From the NCBI RefSeq assembly GCF_009914755.1, contig NC_060943.1: a stretch of DNA of 64,000 bases. One strand, given 5' to 3'. Position numbers and translations under genes: made by a program. A model generated the notes under the pieces. That model was not told the origin of the DNA and did no database searches. It saw only the letters and a program-made list of their open reading frames with translations. Positions within the stretch are counted from its first letter, which is position 1. Every line of letters begins with the position of its first letter. The stretch comes from the human T2T-CHM13v2.0 reference genome, Homo sapiens. Positions 1 to 16,735 of this stretch are shown piece after piece.

Positions 1-27
1 GTCTTCAAAAAAAAAAGTGTGAATTGT

Positions 28-620
28 GGCCGGGCACGGTGGCTCACGCCCGTAATCCCACCACTTTGGGAGGCTGAGGCGGGCGGATCACGAGGTCAGG
101 AGATCGAGACCATCCTGGCTAACACGGTGAAACCCCGTCTCTCTACTCAAAATACAAAAAATTAGCCGGGCGTGGTGGCGGACAGCTAGAGTCCCAGCTA
201 CTTGGGAGGCCGAGGCAGGAGAATGGTGTGAATCCGGAAGGCGGAGCTTGCCGTAAGCCAATATCGTGCCACTTCACTCCAGCCTGGGCAACAAAGCAAG
301 ACTCCATCTTTAAAAAAAAAAAAAAAAAAAGGCCGAGCGGTGGCTCATGCCTGTAATCCCAGCACTTTGGGAGGCCGAGGCGGGTGGATCATCTGAGGTC
401 AGGAGTTCAAGACTAAGCCTGGCTGACATGGTGAAACCCTGTCTCTACTAAAAATACAAAAAAATTTGCCGGGCGTGGTGGTGGGTGCCTGTAATCCCAG
501 CTGCTCAGGAGGCTGAGGCAGGAGAATTGCTTGAACCCGGCAGGCGGAGGTTGCAGTGAGCCGAGATTGCGCACTGCACTCCAGCCTGGGCAACAAGAGC
601 AAAACTCCATCTCAAAAAAA
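28..620 (+). mobile_element. Tandem AluY + AluS(p/q) pair
   Basis: Two complete Alu dimers with A tails; flanking direct repeat aaaaaaagtgtgaat. Confidence 0.92.
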
Positions 621-1659
621 GTGTGAATGTAATGATTTAGTAAGAACTGTTTAATGTATTAATATTTATATTTCATAATCTGTAATCATGGAGTAAAAGC
701 CAAGCAGGCTGCATCACTTGCCCTGCAGTCTCCTAGCACATGAACTAATGGGCAGGCAGGAGGGTGTGCATCATCCACCTTGCTTACCGCTGACCTCCAG
801 CACCCAGACAATCCCTGGCACTCAGCACAAGTAACTGCTCAATAACCAGAAACATCAAGTGCTTGCCGGAAAAACTCCATGATGAGGGAGAGGGAAGATT
901 ACACAGACCAAATTTAAGAATCTCTGCCTTAGGAACTCAGGGGCTATCCTGCCTGAACCATCGATAGGGGATATTTTCAAGTCACCTCAACCACTGCTTG
1001 ACTCACTCCAGGTGGACCCACCACTGGCACCTTCTAGTACCACAGCTCAGCCTTGAGTATGTGCTTGAACTTTCGTTCGCACTTCACATTTTCCACACAC
1101 AAATATAATGTGCCAAAATGAGCCAGTCCTGCTCCCAAAACCCTGCTCACAAAATGGAGGACGTGAGGGTGTGGACGCATAGAATGAATGAAATGAAAGA
1201 TGTCAGACAAAGCAAATTCCAAAGAGAAGTGGGAAATTTTCTAGCCTCCAAGAACAGAGGACAAAACTATTAAACATGATACTTATCTAGGTCACTAGAG
1301 TTCACTCTAGGACACATTGTTTTGGAAAGAAAAGCCCTTCACCATTCCCCAGATTAAAGCAAATTCACTAATCTGTGTTCTTACTACACAGGGGCCTGGC
1401 TTTCTCAAGTCTGGGACCCTGCTGGGACTCTTATTTCCGACGTCCTATTGGGAGGAGCCCTCACATCCATCCTCCTGGAGATGCCCAATGCCCCCAAGTC
1501 TGGTCTAGATCCACCCTTGCATTCCAGGCTTGCACATCCAACCGCTTCAATGACAGCATCCATGAGGATGTCGACAAGCTCCACATGGTCAAGGAACTAA
1601 AGTGACCCCATTTTCTCTAAAACCTGTCAAAACAGGGTGACAACAGCCCTACTGAGTGT

Positions 1660-1770
1660 TCCAAGCCCCCTTCAAAGGCCCACTTACCACAGGGGACAGT
1701 GGCTACCAGGCTGGATAACCCAGCTGCAGAACAGTCCCAACACTGCAGAAAGTCCCCCTGGACAGCACTG
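1660..1770 (-). mobile_element. MER3-like hAT fragment
   Basis: Minus strand CAGTGCTGTCCAG..ACTTTCTGCAGTG..GG..TGTTCT....CTG..TTATCCA...TGGTAGCCACT resembles the MER3 terminus as I recall it. Confidence 0.6.
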
Positions 1771-2630
1771 CTTTGGAAATTGGGTAATACACTGTAAAAT
1801 AAGTAAGGTCTAGACCAGACCTTGGAAGATGGAGGAAATGGAGTTTGGGGGGATGTCTGGAAGAAGAATCAAATGAACGGAATGAGGCAACAGTGTGTCA
1901 CAGAACCCAGGAGCCCAGGGTGCTACATGACAGGAGTGTAGGTCTTATCCTATATGCAGTGCGGTTTCAGGGTAGCATAATCATGCTGTAGTCATCTATT
2001 CTATTTTGATTGTGTACTTTTCAACTAGCTTACTAGTAGCACTGTGCGTGGAGTTTAACCACTTCTACCATTTTCTCTGGACTGGCTTTGTTTTTTTTTT
2101 CCCCCCACAGGTATTCAGAGCCAATTTCCTACTGAATGAGATCACGTGTCATTTTACGAAGTCAAAGAAAAGATGTAAAAGTAAAATCCTTCAGGGCACA
2201 CCTGTTAAATGAATCACCACCTTTCTAGCACAGGGGTATTAGGATCTTGTGCAACAATCACCACCGGAGACATTAGGATCCCTGAAACACCTGCCTCACT
2301 CACTGTCATGTCTGCAGTGAATGCAGAACAGTGTCTGATTACCAAGTACATCCAGCACACGCATTGGACATGGATGTTGACCGAGTTCCACTTGGTGTGC
2401 CTGAGGCAGGCAGGAAATTCTCTTGGAAACAGAATCCTTAAGGGGATTGGGGGGGGGAAGCACCCATGAGCTAGAACTCAATTCTACCCTACAGTAAGCA
2501 GCACTTCAAGGGCCGGGCATGGTGGCTCACGCCTGTAATCCCAGCATGTTGGGAGGACCAGGCACGTGAATCACTTGAGATCAGAAGTTAAAGACCAGTC
2601 TGAAAATATAGTGAAGCCTCATCTCCACTA

Positions 2631-2879
<249 letters not shown>

Positions 2880-2906
2880 TCAGGAGATCAAGACCATCCT
2901 GGTCTA

Positions 2907-3158
<252 letters not shown>

Positions 3159-3423
3159 TCACACCATAATTTTAACAAGCCTGGGGCACCTGGACTAAAG
3201 ACACACTCCAGTTTACTTACTTCCCCCCAACCATCCCGCTTCTATATTCCCAGACTTGCTCTGAGTAGCAAAAGGATAAATGGAAGTGAAGGCCCGGAGC
3301 GGTGGATCACCTGAGATCAGGAGTTCGAGACCAGCCTGGCCAACGTGGTGAAACCCTGTCTCTAATAAAAATACAAAAAAACAGTCGGGCATGGTGGCGC
3401 ATGCCTGTAATCCCAGCAACTCA

Positions 3424-3528
<105 letters not shown>

Positions 3529-4533
3529 TCAAAAAAAAAGAAAAAGAAAAAGAAAAAATAGAAGTGAAACCAAATCAAGGCAACTTGGTTCTCTAGCGGA
3601 AACTTTTTGAAGATGAGGTTAAATTCCACTCTTGTGAATGTCTTCATGAGAAACTCCTCAGGAGGGAAGCACTGTTTTTACTGACCAGATGTCTGGGTGA
3701 AAAGGAGACCTGTCCAGTCAGCATTCTGCATCCCTCTTCTGATCATCCCCTCACACTGGTGAGCACCTCCAAGGGACAGGTACTTGCTTTCAGACCTGTC
3801 CAGGTCTCTTTCCAAACCTCTGCTGTCCTCATTGAAGAACCAGACTCAATGCTAGCCCCCTTCCTATGCTCCCAGTTGGAAGGTCTCCTCCCTCTCAGGC
3901 TGCCTTGCCTGGACATCTTGGAAAGCACTTCTGAGCTCTACCCTGTGCTCACTACGTATCATCCAAACCATCTGAGTTCACTGAGAACAAAGCTGAATAT
4001 GGTGGACTCCCACAGCTTATGCCACAGCAGACAAGAGCTAGTGGGCTCTGGACACAAGTGCTCCAAGTACTTACCAACTCTGTGACCCTGCAACCCTGCC
4101 CAAGTGACAGCTCTCCAAGCACCACCTTCCGTATCTGCAAACCGGGATGATACTAGTGCCCAGTGTATATGGTTGTTTTCTGAGGACTTAAGGAATGCGT
4201 AGAGGCTTAGAAATATTCGCTAAAACAGAACAATCAGCAGCAGTGTGCTCAAGCTCAGGGTCTGGGGAGGGCAATGTGGCAGTGAAGTGACCAAGTCTGC
4301 AGCTCCCTACAGCATCATGGTTGACACAGAAACTGGACTGATGGATGTCTGGCTCCACCACTTTAAAACAGGCATGCAGTAAGCAATAGAAAAAAATTAA
4401 GGAAGATGTCAAGCATCCAGTCAGAAAATGTAGTTTTATACTTTACAGGGAAGCCTATTCATAGGCAGCTATTTGCTACAAACCCTGAACTTTTCAGAGT
4501 CAACAAAGATAAGGACTGCTTTAAGGTGAACAA

Positions 4534-4582
4534 TGGGAGTGGGGGGTGGTGGGCAAGGGGTGGTGGTGGTGGTGGTGGTGGT
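4534..4582 (+). repeat. G-rich tract ending in (GGT)n; G-quadruplex-capable
   Basis: gggagtggggggtggtgggcaaggggtggtggtggt... Confidence 0.75.
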
Positions 4583-7500
4583 CAGGAAGGTCAGGGGAAA
4601 GAGACACAGGCCAGAAAGGGTAAACCAGCTCTCACAAGTGCAAAGGACATCAGTTACCAGAGCAGACAGGCCTAAAGACTGAGGATAAGCAAGCTGCAGG
4701 CAGCATGCTACGCAACTCAAAAGGGCCCAATAGAGAGACCGCTCTAACACTGGTAATTTAAAACTGCATTCCTGGGATTACAGATAGCTGAGCTATTATT
4801 TTGAAAAAGATGAACACGAAGGTGGTATTATTTCCAGGCAGCTAATCTGTCAGCTGAATGGTTTCCTACTGTCAAAAGGAAAACATATGAAGAGTCTCAT
4901 ACACACACAACTCTATTACTTGGCAGCTTTTTATAACTGAAAGTGCTTCAGAGCCAAGTAATTTTTAATGAAGATTACAAATGAAAACAACCTACACACA
5001 GATAGCACCACCTTTCACAGAACTCTTTCACGCACATGATCTTATTTCTCTTAATTACAAAATAGAAAGGGGAAACTGCTTAAGTTACAAAAATCATGCC
5101 TGTACAGTAAGACTGCAATTCAACTGAGCAGAGAAATGGGATTAATAAAAGCCAAGACCAATGGTACATGAATGAGGGAAAACATCCATTGGCACATACA
5201 AGTTTAATCTTCAAACTATAGAGATTGGGGCGGGGGGGTGAAGGAGTCTGTAATAGGTGCTATTCTTAGAAGTAATAAGAGTTCTTTTCCATCCTCTGAC
5301 TCAACTCTGCCCCAATTACAGAAGTATGAATTATTCAAGTTTATGGTATTATATTTCCTATTCCTTCCACCAGACAAGGATGTGAGGAGAAAGAGAGTGG
5401 CACTGTGTACACTGCTTGGTGTAGCATGTCGATATCCCTAAACGTAAGCATGTCATGCTGAAGAATGGTAGTTTCCCACAAGCTTTCTTCCTCAATCTGC
5501 AGGTTCCAGTGCATGCGTAAGCAAATGTCCCGCAGCACAGGGCACACATTAAGCCACGTAAGGGACCACAGCATAAATCTTGTAAGCCTACCCACATCCA
5601 ACACTACCACATAAATAATGAGGCTGGCTAGGAACCATTCAGTTACCTTCTGGAGCAAAGGCTCCATACCAACAGCAAATCATGGAGACAGTTTACAAAC
5701 AGCAGCAGCTTCAGTGTAGAGCCCTAGTTCCAAGACCCTCATCTGCGGCCTTTGCAACAGACCCATTCTGGTACATTCTCAAATTCCTTATCCCCAGGAA
5801 AGAGCACAGGCTGACAAAGTTGGGGGCACAGGGGCCCTGGGAAGGTTCACATCACTGTTGACACGTTACCTGACAACTCTGTGAAACCTCTGGAGGATTT
5901 TTGCAAGGACAAACCAAAATGGGTGATCCACCCTGTTTCCAAGTCATAAAGTTGTAAATGTCTAGAAAAGTAAGATACATGTGAAAACCAGCCTGGCACA
6001 GTGGCTCACCTGTGTAATCCCAGCAGTCTGGGAGACAAAGAAGGCAGGAGGCTTGCTCAAGTTCAGGAGTTCAAGACCAGCCTGGGCAACATAGTGTGAC
6101 CTCGTCCCTTCAAAAAATAAAAAAAAGGCTGGGAGCGGTGCCTCACACCTGTAATCTCAGAACTCTGGGAGGCCAAGGTGGGCAGATCACTTGAGCCCAG
6201 GAGTTGCAGCCTGGGAAACATGGTGAAACCCCATCTCCACAAAAATACAAAAAATTAGCTGGGCATGGTGGCTCACACCTGTAGTCCCAGCTACCTGGGA
6301 GGCTGAAGTAGGAGGATCACCTAGGCCAGGAGGCCGATGCTACAGTGAATGACTGCACTCCAGCCTGGATGACAAAGTGAGACCTCGTACCAAAAAATAA
6401 AAATAAGCTAGGCATGGTGACACACACCTGTAGTTGCAGCTACTCAGCAGGCTGAGGTGGGAGGATCACTTAAACCTGGGAGGTCAAAGCTGCAGTGAGC
6501 CAAGATCATGCCACTGCACTCCAGCCTGGGCAACAGAGCAAGACCCTGTCTTAAAAAATAAAAATAAAAAGTATTCAAAACCATCAAGAGGCAGGGTGAA
6601 GTGGCTCCGCCTGTAATCCCAGCACTTTAGGAGGCCTAAGCAGATGAACTGCTTAAGCCCAGGACTCCAGACCAGCCTGCCTAAGCAACATGGTGAAACC
6701 CCGTCTCTACAAAAAAATACCAAAATTAGATGAGTGTGGTGGCCCACACCTGTAGCCCAGTTACTTAGGAAGCTGAGGTGGGAGGATTACCTGAGTTTGG
6801 GGAGGCTGAGACTACAGTTAGCTGTGATCATGCCACTGCACTACGGCCTGGGCAACACAGTGAGACTCTACCTCCAAAACAAAACAAAACAAAAAAGCCA
6901 TCAATAGCCCTTTAACCAACATCGTAATAAATTTTTCTTCCACAGAGTAAAATCAGGAAATTCATTCTGGTACCTGGTCTTTAGAGTTCAATGTTTATGC
7001 CTATGTGCATTTTTGTGGAGAGAGGATCCAAAGCATCTGTAGCATACTCAAGGAGACCTCCAGCCTCCTCTTAAGGAGTGATGATCTAGAGAGAAGCAGG
7101 GTCAGTCCCATTCTTAGCCACTAGACTCAATTATTTTGTGTCTCCTAAAGGAATAATATTTCCAACAGTGAGAACTGTAGGAAAACGATTATTACAGTAG
7201 AACTTAACACTTGTTTTTGATTATGGAAATCTGAGGAGGCTTTTCGTAATGCTTGAGGAATGCCAAGCAGCAGACTACGAGAACTTGAGTATGGAAATAG
7301 CTTAGCAAATAGCAAAATTACAACTGTACCTTTTGCAGGCACGGAAGATAGATGAATCCAGTCTCCTGAACTAACAATAGTTACTAGTAATAACAATATA
7401 CCATACAGATTACATAAGTTATATAAATAACAACTTGTTATTTATATGGAAGAGAGACCTAATGTGATAAACACAATTTCAATCTTGTAAGCATTTATTT

Positions 7501-8160
7501 AAACTTTATATCTACCTGGTCTCTTATCCAAGATTTTCCTGAACACTTTAAGCTGGTCTCACTCCTGTGCTCCCTTCAGGGCTGTTTTCCCGCCAAACTG
7601 GATCATTCAGCCCACCCAAGTAACTCCTGAGACTTGGCTTGACTTCTCCCAGAGCTCCTTCTATGCCTGACACAGGTAAGATACACAGTGTCTTTCATTT
7701 CATCTTCTACGAAAATATTTGGGATACACACATCCTTAACTATCTTCATTCTACCCTTTGTGAGTAACTCAATTCTGAACTGTTTTCCACTAATTCTGGT
7801 TTACAAACTAGTATGGAAACCTCCTTTCAGCCATCCATAATTTCTTGCTCCAAGTTCGGGGGTACATTTTACTTTTAGTATAGGACTCTGGGCCAGGCAT
7901 AGTGGCTCACGCCTGTAATCCCAACACTTTGGGAGGCCAAGGCGGATGGATCACCTGAGGTCAGGAGTTTGAGACCAGCCTGGCCAACGGGGTGAAACCC
8001 TGCCCCTACTAAAAATACAAAAACTAGCCGGGCATGGTGGCGCATGCCTCTAATCCCAGCTACTCGGGAGGCTGAGGCAGGAGAATTGCTTGACCCAGGA
8101 GGCAGTGAGCCGAGATGGTGCCACTGCACTCCAGCCTGGGCGAAAGAGCGAGACTCCATC

Positions 8161-8255
8161 AAGAAAGAATGGGAAAGGGAAAGGAAAGAAAGGAAAGAAA
8201 ACAAAGAAAAAAGAAAAAGAGAAAGAAGGAAGGAAGGAAGGGAAAGAGGGAGGGG
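8161..8255 (+). repeat. GA-rich polypurine tract derived from an Alu tail
   Basis: aagaaagaatgggaaagggaaaggaaag...gaaggaagggaaag. Confidence 0.8.
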
Positions 8256-9603
8256 ACTCTGTCCATTGGACAAAGCATCCCATCTAGCATGCCTCTTATC
8301 AACAAGCGAGATGCTGCTGGAGCTACCACTTGGGTTGAGGGAATGGAGGGCAGAGACCAGCTACAGGCGCCATGCTTGAGGCAAGCCAGTTAAGCATTCC
8401 CATTCTGCACATGGTCAGAGATGGGCAATGATCCAACCTAGAATCCACTGCCATCAGAAAGCACTACTGGGAAGACTCACTCTTGACCTTGAGGTCAGAA
8501 CATTAGTGATAAAGAACAAGTACTGAAGTCATTGTGGAGCCCTTAGATTCAACTACTCTTGAGCCTCATGTTGCATCAGGCAACAAACTCCCTTCTGTTT
8601 CAGCTAATTTTGTTTATTTATACCAGAGAAAGACATAAGTAATACAACCATTTCCTCACAGTCATCTGAATAAAGTTAGGAGAATAACATCTGAGAATAA
8701 TCGACAAGTAGCTTACCACACATGCACACAAATGACACTCTACATACTTCTTGTTTCACCTGTGGCAAACTACTAGACCTTCACCACTCCATGCTTCTCC
8801 AACTTCCCTCACCCTACCCCCTACAAAGCTTCTAAAACACAGTGGGTACAGGGAAGAAACGAAACTAAAGATCCATGCTTTCACCTGCTACTAGAAAGCA
8901 TATCCAGGACAGTCATCATTGGGCAAATGACAAAGAAACAGATCACAAAATGGCACATACATACACACACACACAAATCAAGGTATTCACAATTGCCATC
9001 AAGTAGCATGGAAACCAATGTAATTCAACTCCTCTGACATGACCCCCCCATAAGAAACACATTTTATCATGTACACAACACCTAAGATCAAAGCAAAGGT
9101 TTTATGAAATATCCTTGAAAATTGTGACACCCTCTGACATTTCCCTTTTCTCCCCTATACACCAATTGCAATCCACCATATTTGTTTCATGACCCATGGT
9201 TTTGTTTTGTTTTGTTTTGTTTTCTTCTGAGATGGAGTCTCGCTCTGTCGCCCAGGCTGGAGTGCAGTGACACGATCTCGGCTCACTGCAAGCTCCGCCT
9301 CCCGGGTTCACGCCATTCTCCTCCCTCAAGCCATGCCATGACCCATGGTTTTAAAAACACAAAGAAAGCCAGGCGCAGTGGCTCACGCCTGTAATCCCAG
9401 CACTTTGGGAGGCCGAGGCGGGTGGATCACGAGGTCAGGAGATCGAGAGCATCCTGGCTAACACGGTGAAACCCCGTCTCTACTAAAACATACAAAAAAA
9501 AAAAAAATTAGCCAGGCGTGGTGGCGGGCGCCTGTAGTCCCAGCACTTTGGGAGGCCGAGGCAGGCAGATCACGAGGTCAGGAGATCAAGACCATCCTGG
9601 TTA

Positions 9604-10018
<415 letters not shown>

Positions 10019-10111
10019 TTATTTTCTTCCAATTAATTGGGAGGCTGAGGCAGGAGGATCATTTGAACCCAGAAGTTCAAGTCCAGCCTGAGCAACACAG
10101 CAAGACTCCAT

Positions 10112-10149
<38 letters not shown>

Positions 10150-10909
10150 CTCTCTCTTAAAATCCAGATTCTGATCAAATTTCTCTGGAATCAAAACCTA
10201 TGCGCCCTACTTTATATATGAAAAACTGAGGCTAGAGTGGTTAGGCAACGGGTCCAAGGACACAGGCAGATGTCCCCTGCTGAGTGTGCCCCAGCAGCCC
10301 AGTATGGCCCAGACTGGCATCCACCACTGGGCTGGCAGGTTCCACCTCCATGTAGTTTTTTTGTTTCAACTCTCATGATAATGATCTGCTCCCACAAAAT
10401 ATGTTTCCTCAAACAGCATGGAAAATTTTCAAGTATGAAGTCCCCAAATTTTTCTCACCCTCTTCCCTTTTCTTTACACAAAACAAAACTTTGAAGGCTA
10501 ATCCACCCATAGACATGTATGTGTTACTGCCTGAGAAGGAACAACTGCAGACATTAGCAACACACAAGGACACGAGAATTACTAATTCACGTTTCTGAAA
10601 ATTGTGTAATACCAAGCCCAACACCTCTCCCCTGGTGCTGGCTGACAATGTACCAGTGTCTCCTGACTAACAGCAGCTAGGAACAAATAAAGAGTTTCAG
10701 CCTTGAGTGGAGACCAAGACAAGGAAGGTGACCACACATACTAAGTAGGAAGGGCCTGGATAGCATTTCTCACACTTTTTCAGGCAGAAAGCAAAGCCAG
10801 CACTCCTCGGCCCCCATCTTTCTCAACAGTCCCAGGCATCTTTATACAATTAGACATGAGGCCCAGGTCAGTACCCACATGGTCCCCCTTTTGTCACTGT
10901 GCAGGCACA

Positions 10910-11020
10910 CTGATCCCATTTTACAGAAGAGAAAACTGAGGCTTATGGAGACGATGTAACTCCCCTGAGGTCAAGGCCAGAAGGGGGTGGGGCTGGGACT
11001 GCACCCAACAGTGAACTCCA
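10910..11020. mobile_element. MIR core (further MIR-like pieces at ~4070-4230, ~10205-10280, ~12040-12220, ~27180-27260)
   Basis: cccattttacagaagagaaaactgaggct...taactcccctgaggtca. Confidence 0.7.
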
Positions 11021-12776
11021 TGGTGTTCTCTCTCCTCTCCTGCTCTGGTACACGGCTCCACCCAAGCCCAACCAATGCTGTCTGCCACAGCCCAAGGTCC
11101 CAGAAACTTCCTACACTGGGCAGAACAGGCTAACACATGCCTGGGGAGGGGGGAAGGGGAAGGATCACACAACTGTCTACACCTAGGATAAACGAAAAAT
11201 AGAACAAATGTCAAATTTATTCACATTCTCTTAATTTGAAGCTAATGCTTAGATTATGTGACCAACCTCTAAAGAAAATATATCTTTCAATTGCATTTCA
11301 CACAAGCAAAAGGCAACCTTTGTGGAACCGGATCCCAATGACGCCTAGTAAGTAACTGGACTTAACTGGTTCTTCTGGTCAAAAGGCCCAAAGTCGATCG
11401 GCAGTATGCCAGACTCCCAGTCAGGACCTCCACACATCCAGCTGCCAAAATTACTCTACCAAACTTTTCCAGGGAGACCTTACACCTTCCTGGGGACCAG
11501 AATCCTTTCACCAAGCCCAGATGCCAATACAATCAGAATCAGAGCCAATGGAGGCCAGAAAGGTATGGAAAGATGTTCCAGTGTTCTGGAAAAACTTTGG
11601 CCCACCAGTGCCTTCTGGCTCCCTGACCAAGTCTTTGTGTTCAGATAACCAGGTTTTCATAAGATGGGTAAGTTACATTTTAGGCTTGAGGATACACTGA
11701 GCCAGCTTCCCCTGCTGGATCATTTCCCCAAACTCTGCAGCAAACATCCCAGGGTGGATGCCCCCAAAGCTGCTGCACCTCCACTAATCCCATTATCACT
11801 GCTCTTAATCTCATTATCAGATAAAAACAAACACAATCCCTCTTTCAAGCACCTCTTCCACTGGTCTCCACTCAGAGCTCACTTGGAAGACGTGGCACCT
11901 CTGGAAGGCACCTGGTGGGCTGTAGTGTCACCCAGTACCATGCCCTGGATCAGCTGGTGCACCTCCTGGCTGTCAGCAGCTCTACTCTGACCCCTGGCTT
12001 CCTCTTCCCACTTCTATTCTTCACCTTGGGCAAGGACGGCAGTAGCTAACCTTGAGAGGGCACAGCACTGCTGCCAAGCCCTGTGCTGTGTGTCCTCTAA
12101 GGCACTGTCTCATTTTAACCTCATCTGAAAGATGGGCCAATGAAGCTCTGGGAAGGCTGAGTGACAGAATGAATGTTACACAGCAGGTAGCAGGGCCAGG
12201 ATTCTAACCGAGGCCTGAATGTGCCGTACTGGTGTTATCAGTCTTTGGAGCAAGGCAGCAAAAATGAGATAGGACTGGATGCCAAGAGGCTGCCCAAGCC
12301 CTCCAAGGTCACCCTCCCTAGAGCATTCCAGTTAAGACTGGACTGGGCTCGTACTGCCGGGTCAGGAGACTTGATTTCAGGAAACAAAGTCCAACTCTGG
12401 GCAGGAGAGGGTAGAAAAGTCAAAGGGCAAGAGCCTAGAGACACTTCTACTTCTCACCACATTAAAAAAGACACATTTTGTTTTCATACATCATCATTTG
12501 TGGGGGAAAAAATGTTTAAAATCTCACCCCTATAAACAAGACCCTGTCAAGCTCTGATTGGAGAAATGGAAATACATGCAACCTTTCCAGAAAATAAGTT
12601 AAATCAAGTTTTCAAAAATATACACCTCCCAATTCAAAGATGAAAAAAGAGAAAACACCAGATGAAGTGGCTCACACCTATAATCCCACCACTTTGGGAG
12701 GCTGAGGCGGGCGGATCACCTGAGGTCGGGAGTTCCAGACCAGCCTGACCAACATGGAGAAACCCCGTCTCTACTA

Positions 12777-13013
<237 letters not shown>

Positions 13014-14114
13014 TTAAGTTATGGTACATTCATACGACAGCTAAGCAGCCAGTTAAAACGAAACATTTTGGAAATGTTCACAATGTAGCATTAAAAAAAA
13101 AAAAAAAAAAAAAAGGCCGGGCGCTGTGGCTCATGCCTGTAATCCTAATCCCAGCACTTTGGGACGCCGAGGTAGGCAGATCACTTGAGGCGAGAGGTTC
13201 AAGACCAGTGGGGACAACATGGCAAAATCCCATCTCTATTAAAACTACAAGAAATTATCCAGGTGTGGCAGCATGGGGCGCCTGTAGTCCCAGCTACTTG
13301 GGAGGCTGAGGCACAAGAATGGCTTGAACCGGGGAGGCAGAGGTTGCAATGAGCCAGTCTCTGCATGGGTGACAGAGCAAAGACTTCAGCATAGGTGACA
13401 GAGCAAAACTCTGCCTCAAAATAAATAAATAAATAAAAATTAAAATTAAAAACAAAGAACTTCACTACAACCAAATTGTGTTACTCAGACAAAGACAAAT
13501 AACTGGAAGGAAAGAAAATGGGATTAAGAGATCATTTTTAACCATCATTTTAACATTCTACTTTTTCCAAATTCCTTAAAATGACCATGCACTACTTTTG
13601 TTTAAAGAAAAAGCCTTACAATCTCCTTTTCAAATGATGTGGAACAACCAATGTTATTCCTCTTCAGGACGAGGACAAGAATGGGACAGACGGCTGCTCT
13701 GCCCTCACCCTGACTCAGAACTCTCTTCCTCTGCTTCTTCAGAGTGGACTACATTCCATGAATTATGCTAGGACATGTGCACGTGGTTTAATTGAGGTTG
13801 GTAGCCTGTCGAGACTGAAAACAAACTGCTTTAAAACATCACCCTTTACAATAAAGGAACTGCAAGTTTGGGGTGCATCTCCGAGACTGTTCTCTATGGA
13901 GCAGCATTTCAAACTGTTCTGTAACCATGCACAATGTAAAAAACCAAACGGTGACCAAACCATGAAGGCAGAATACAACATGTCAACATGCTGATATCCT
14001 TGCAGTTCCACTTCCTCATTCATTTAAACAGTTACTCAGTATCCCACTAAGCTTTTAACCATTCTACCTAAGTACTAGAAACATCAATGCCATTAAAAAG
14101 TCGCTGTGCACCCT

Positions 14115-14990
<876 letters not shown>

Positions 14991-15617
14991 TGTTTGGTAG
15001 GATTTTACAATAATAGTATGCTCAAATTATACATAATTGATATTCAATAAACGTGGAGGATGAACACGCTAATAATAAAGACTACGCATATTAAAGTCAT
15101 TATACAAATATCTTTCAGTCTTTCCTTGTACATAGTAAGGGCTCAAGGACTAATTGTAGAGACAGATTGGCCAATCATGCACACATAAAATCAAAATATT
15201 TAAAAATGTGTTCAATGTTTAAAAAAAAACTTAACAGGTTTTTATTGACAACATGAGATTCACATTAAGAAATGCTACCCATATGTGTTTATTGCCCACT
15301 TCATATCCCTCTTGAAAATACTTTTGGCAGGTCAGGGTTGAACCACAGCGCAAAGCCACTCACCGCACTTCAAACTGCTAAGTGGGAAATGTCCAGTAGT
15401 GCATGGAAACACACTGCATGCCAGGCTGCTCGGACTAATAAGTTTACTACAACACCGAGGGACCCCAGCGTTATCTTAGTTGAAACTCACATTCCTTGTA
15501 AGTCACTACCGAACAATTATGTCCACGGCTAACAACATTTTTAAAGCGGGATTATTTGCATTTGGCATTACGGCATGCAAAATTCTTGCTCAATTACTTC
15601 TCCCGTTTATTCATTGA

Positions 15618-16037
<420 letters not shown>

Positions 16038-16417
16038 TAACAAGGAAATTTTATCTTTCCAAACTCATCTCTTATGTATTAAATGTCAGCACCAGCAAGG
16101 AATTCCCCACAATTCTCACCTCGCAAATGTACACTCTTTTCTAGACACCAAAAATCACAAAGATTTATGAAACATTAGGAGCTCCAATGACAAGCTTATC
16201 TTTCCTTTTTACAGATTTGCCAGGAACATAAAGACAAACATGGTCTACTCTACAAGTTTATTCAAAATCAGAAACCAAAACATTTTACATTCACAAAATA
16301 CAACACACTATACAGTAGGTTGTCAGAAGCAGATTTAACAGCCCAGGGTCTTCAAATCACTGAGGTGCCAAATGGTTTTTTGCTTTAAAAACAAAACAGG
16401 CCGGGCGCAGTGGCTCA

Positions 16418-16735
<318 letters not shown>

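Noticed and set aside
4180-5990. Repeat-poor stretch of BRD4 intron 1 with donor-like sites (~5648, ~5870) and a 108-aa ORF
   Set aside because: No convincing paired acceptor or recognisable protein; it may be regulatory, but sequence alone does not support a call.
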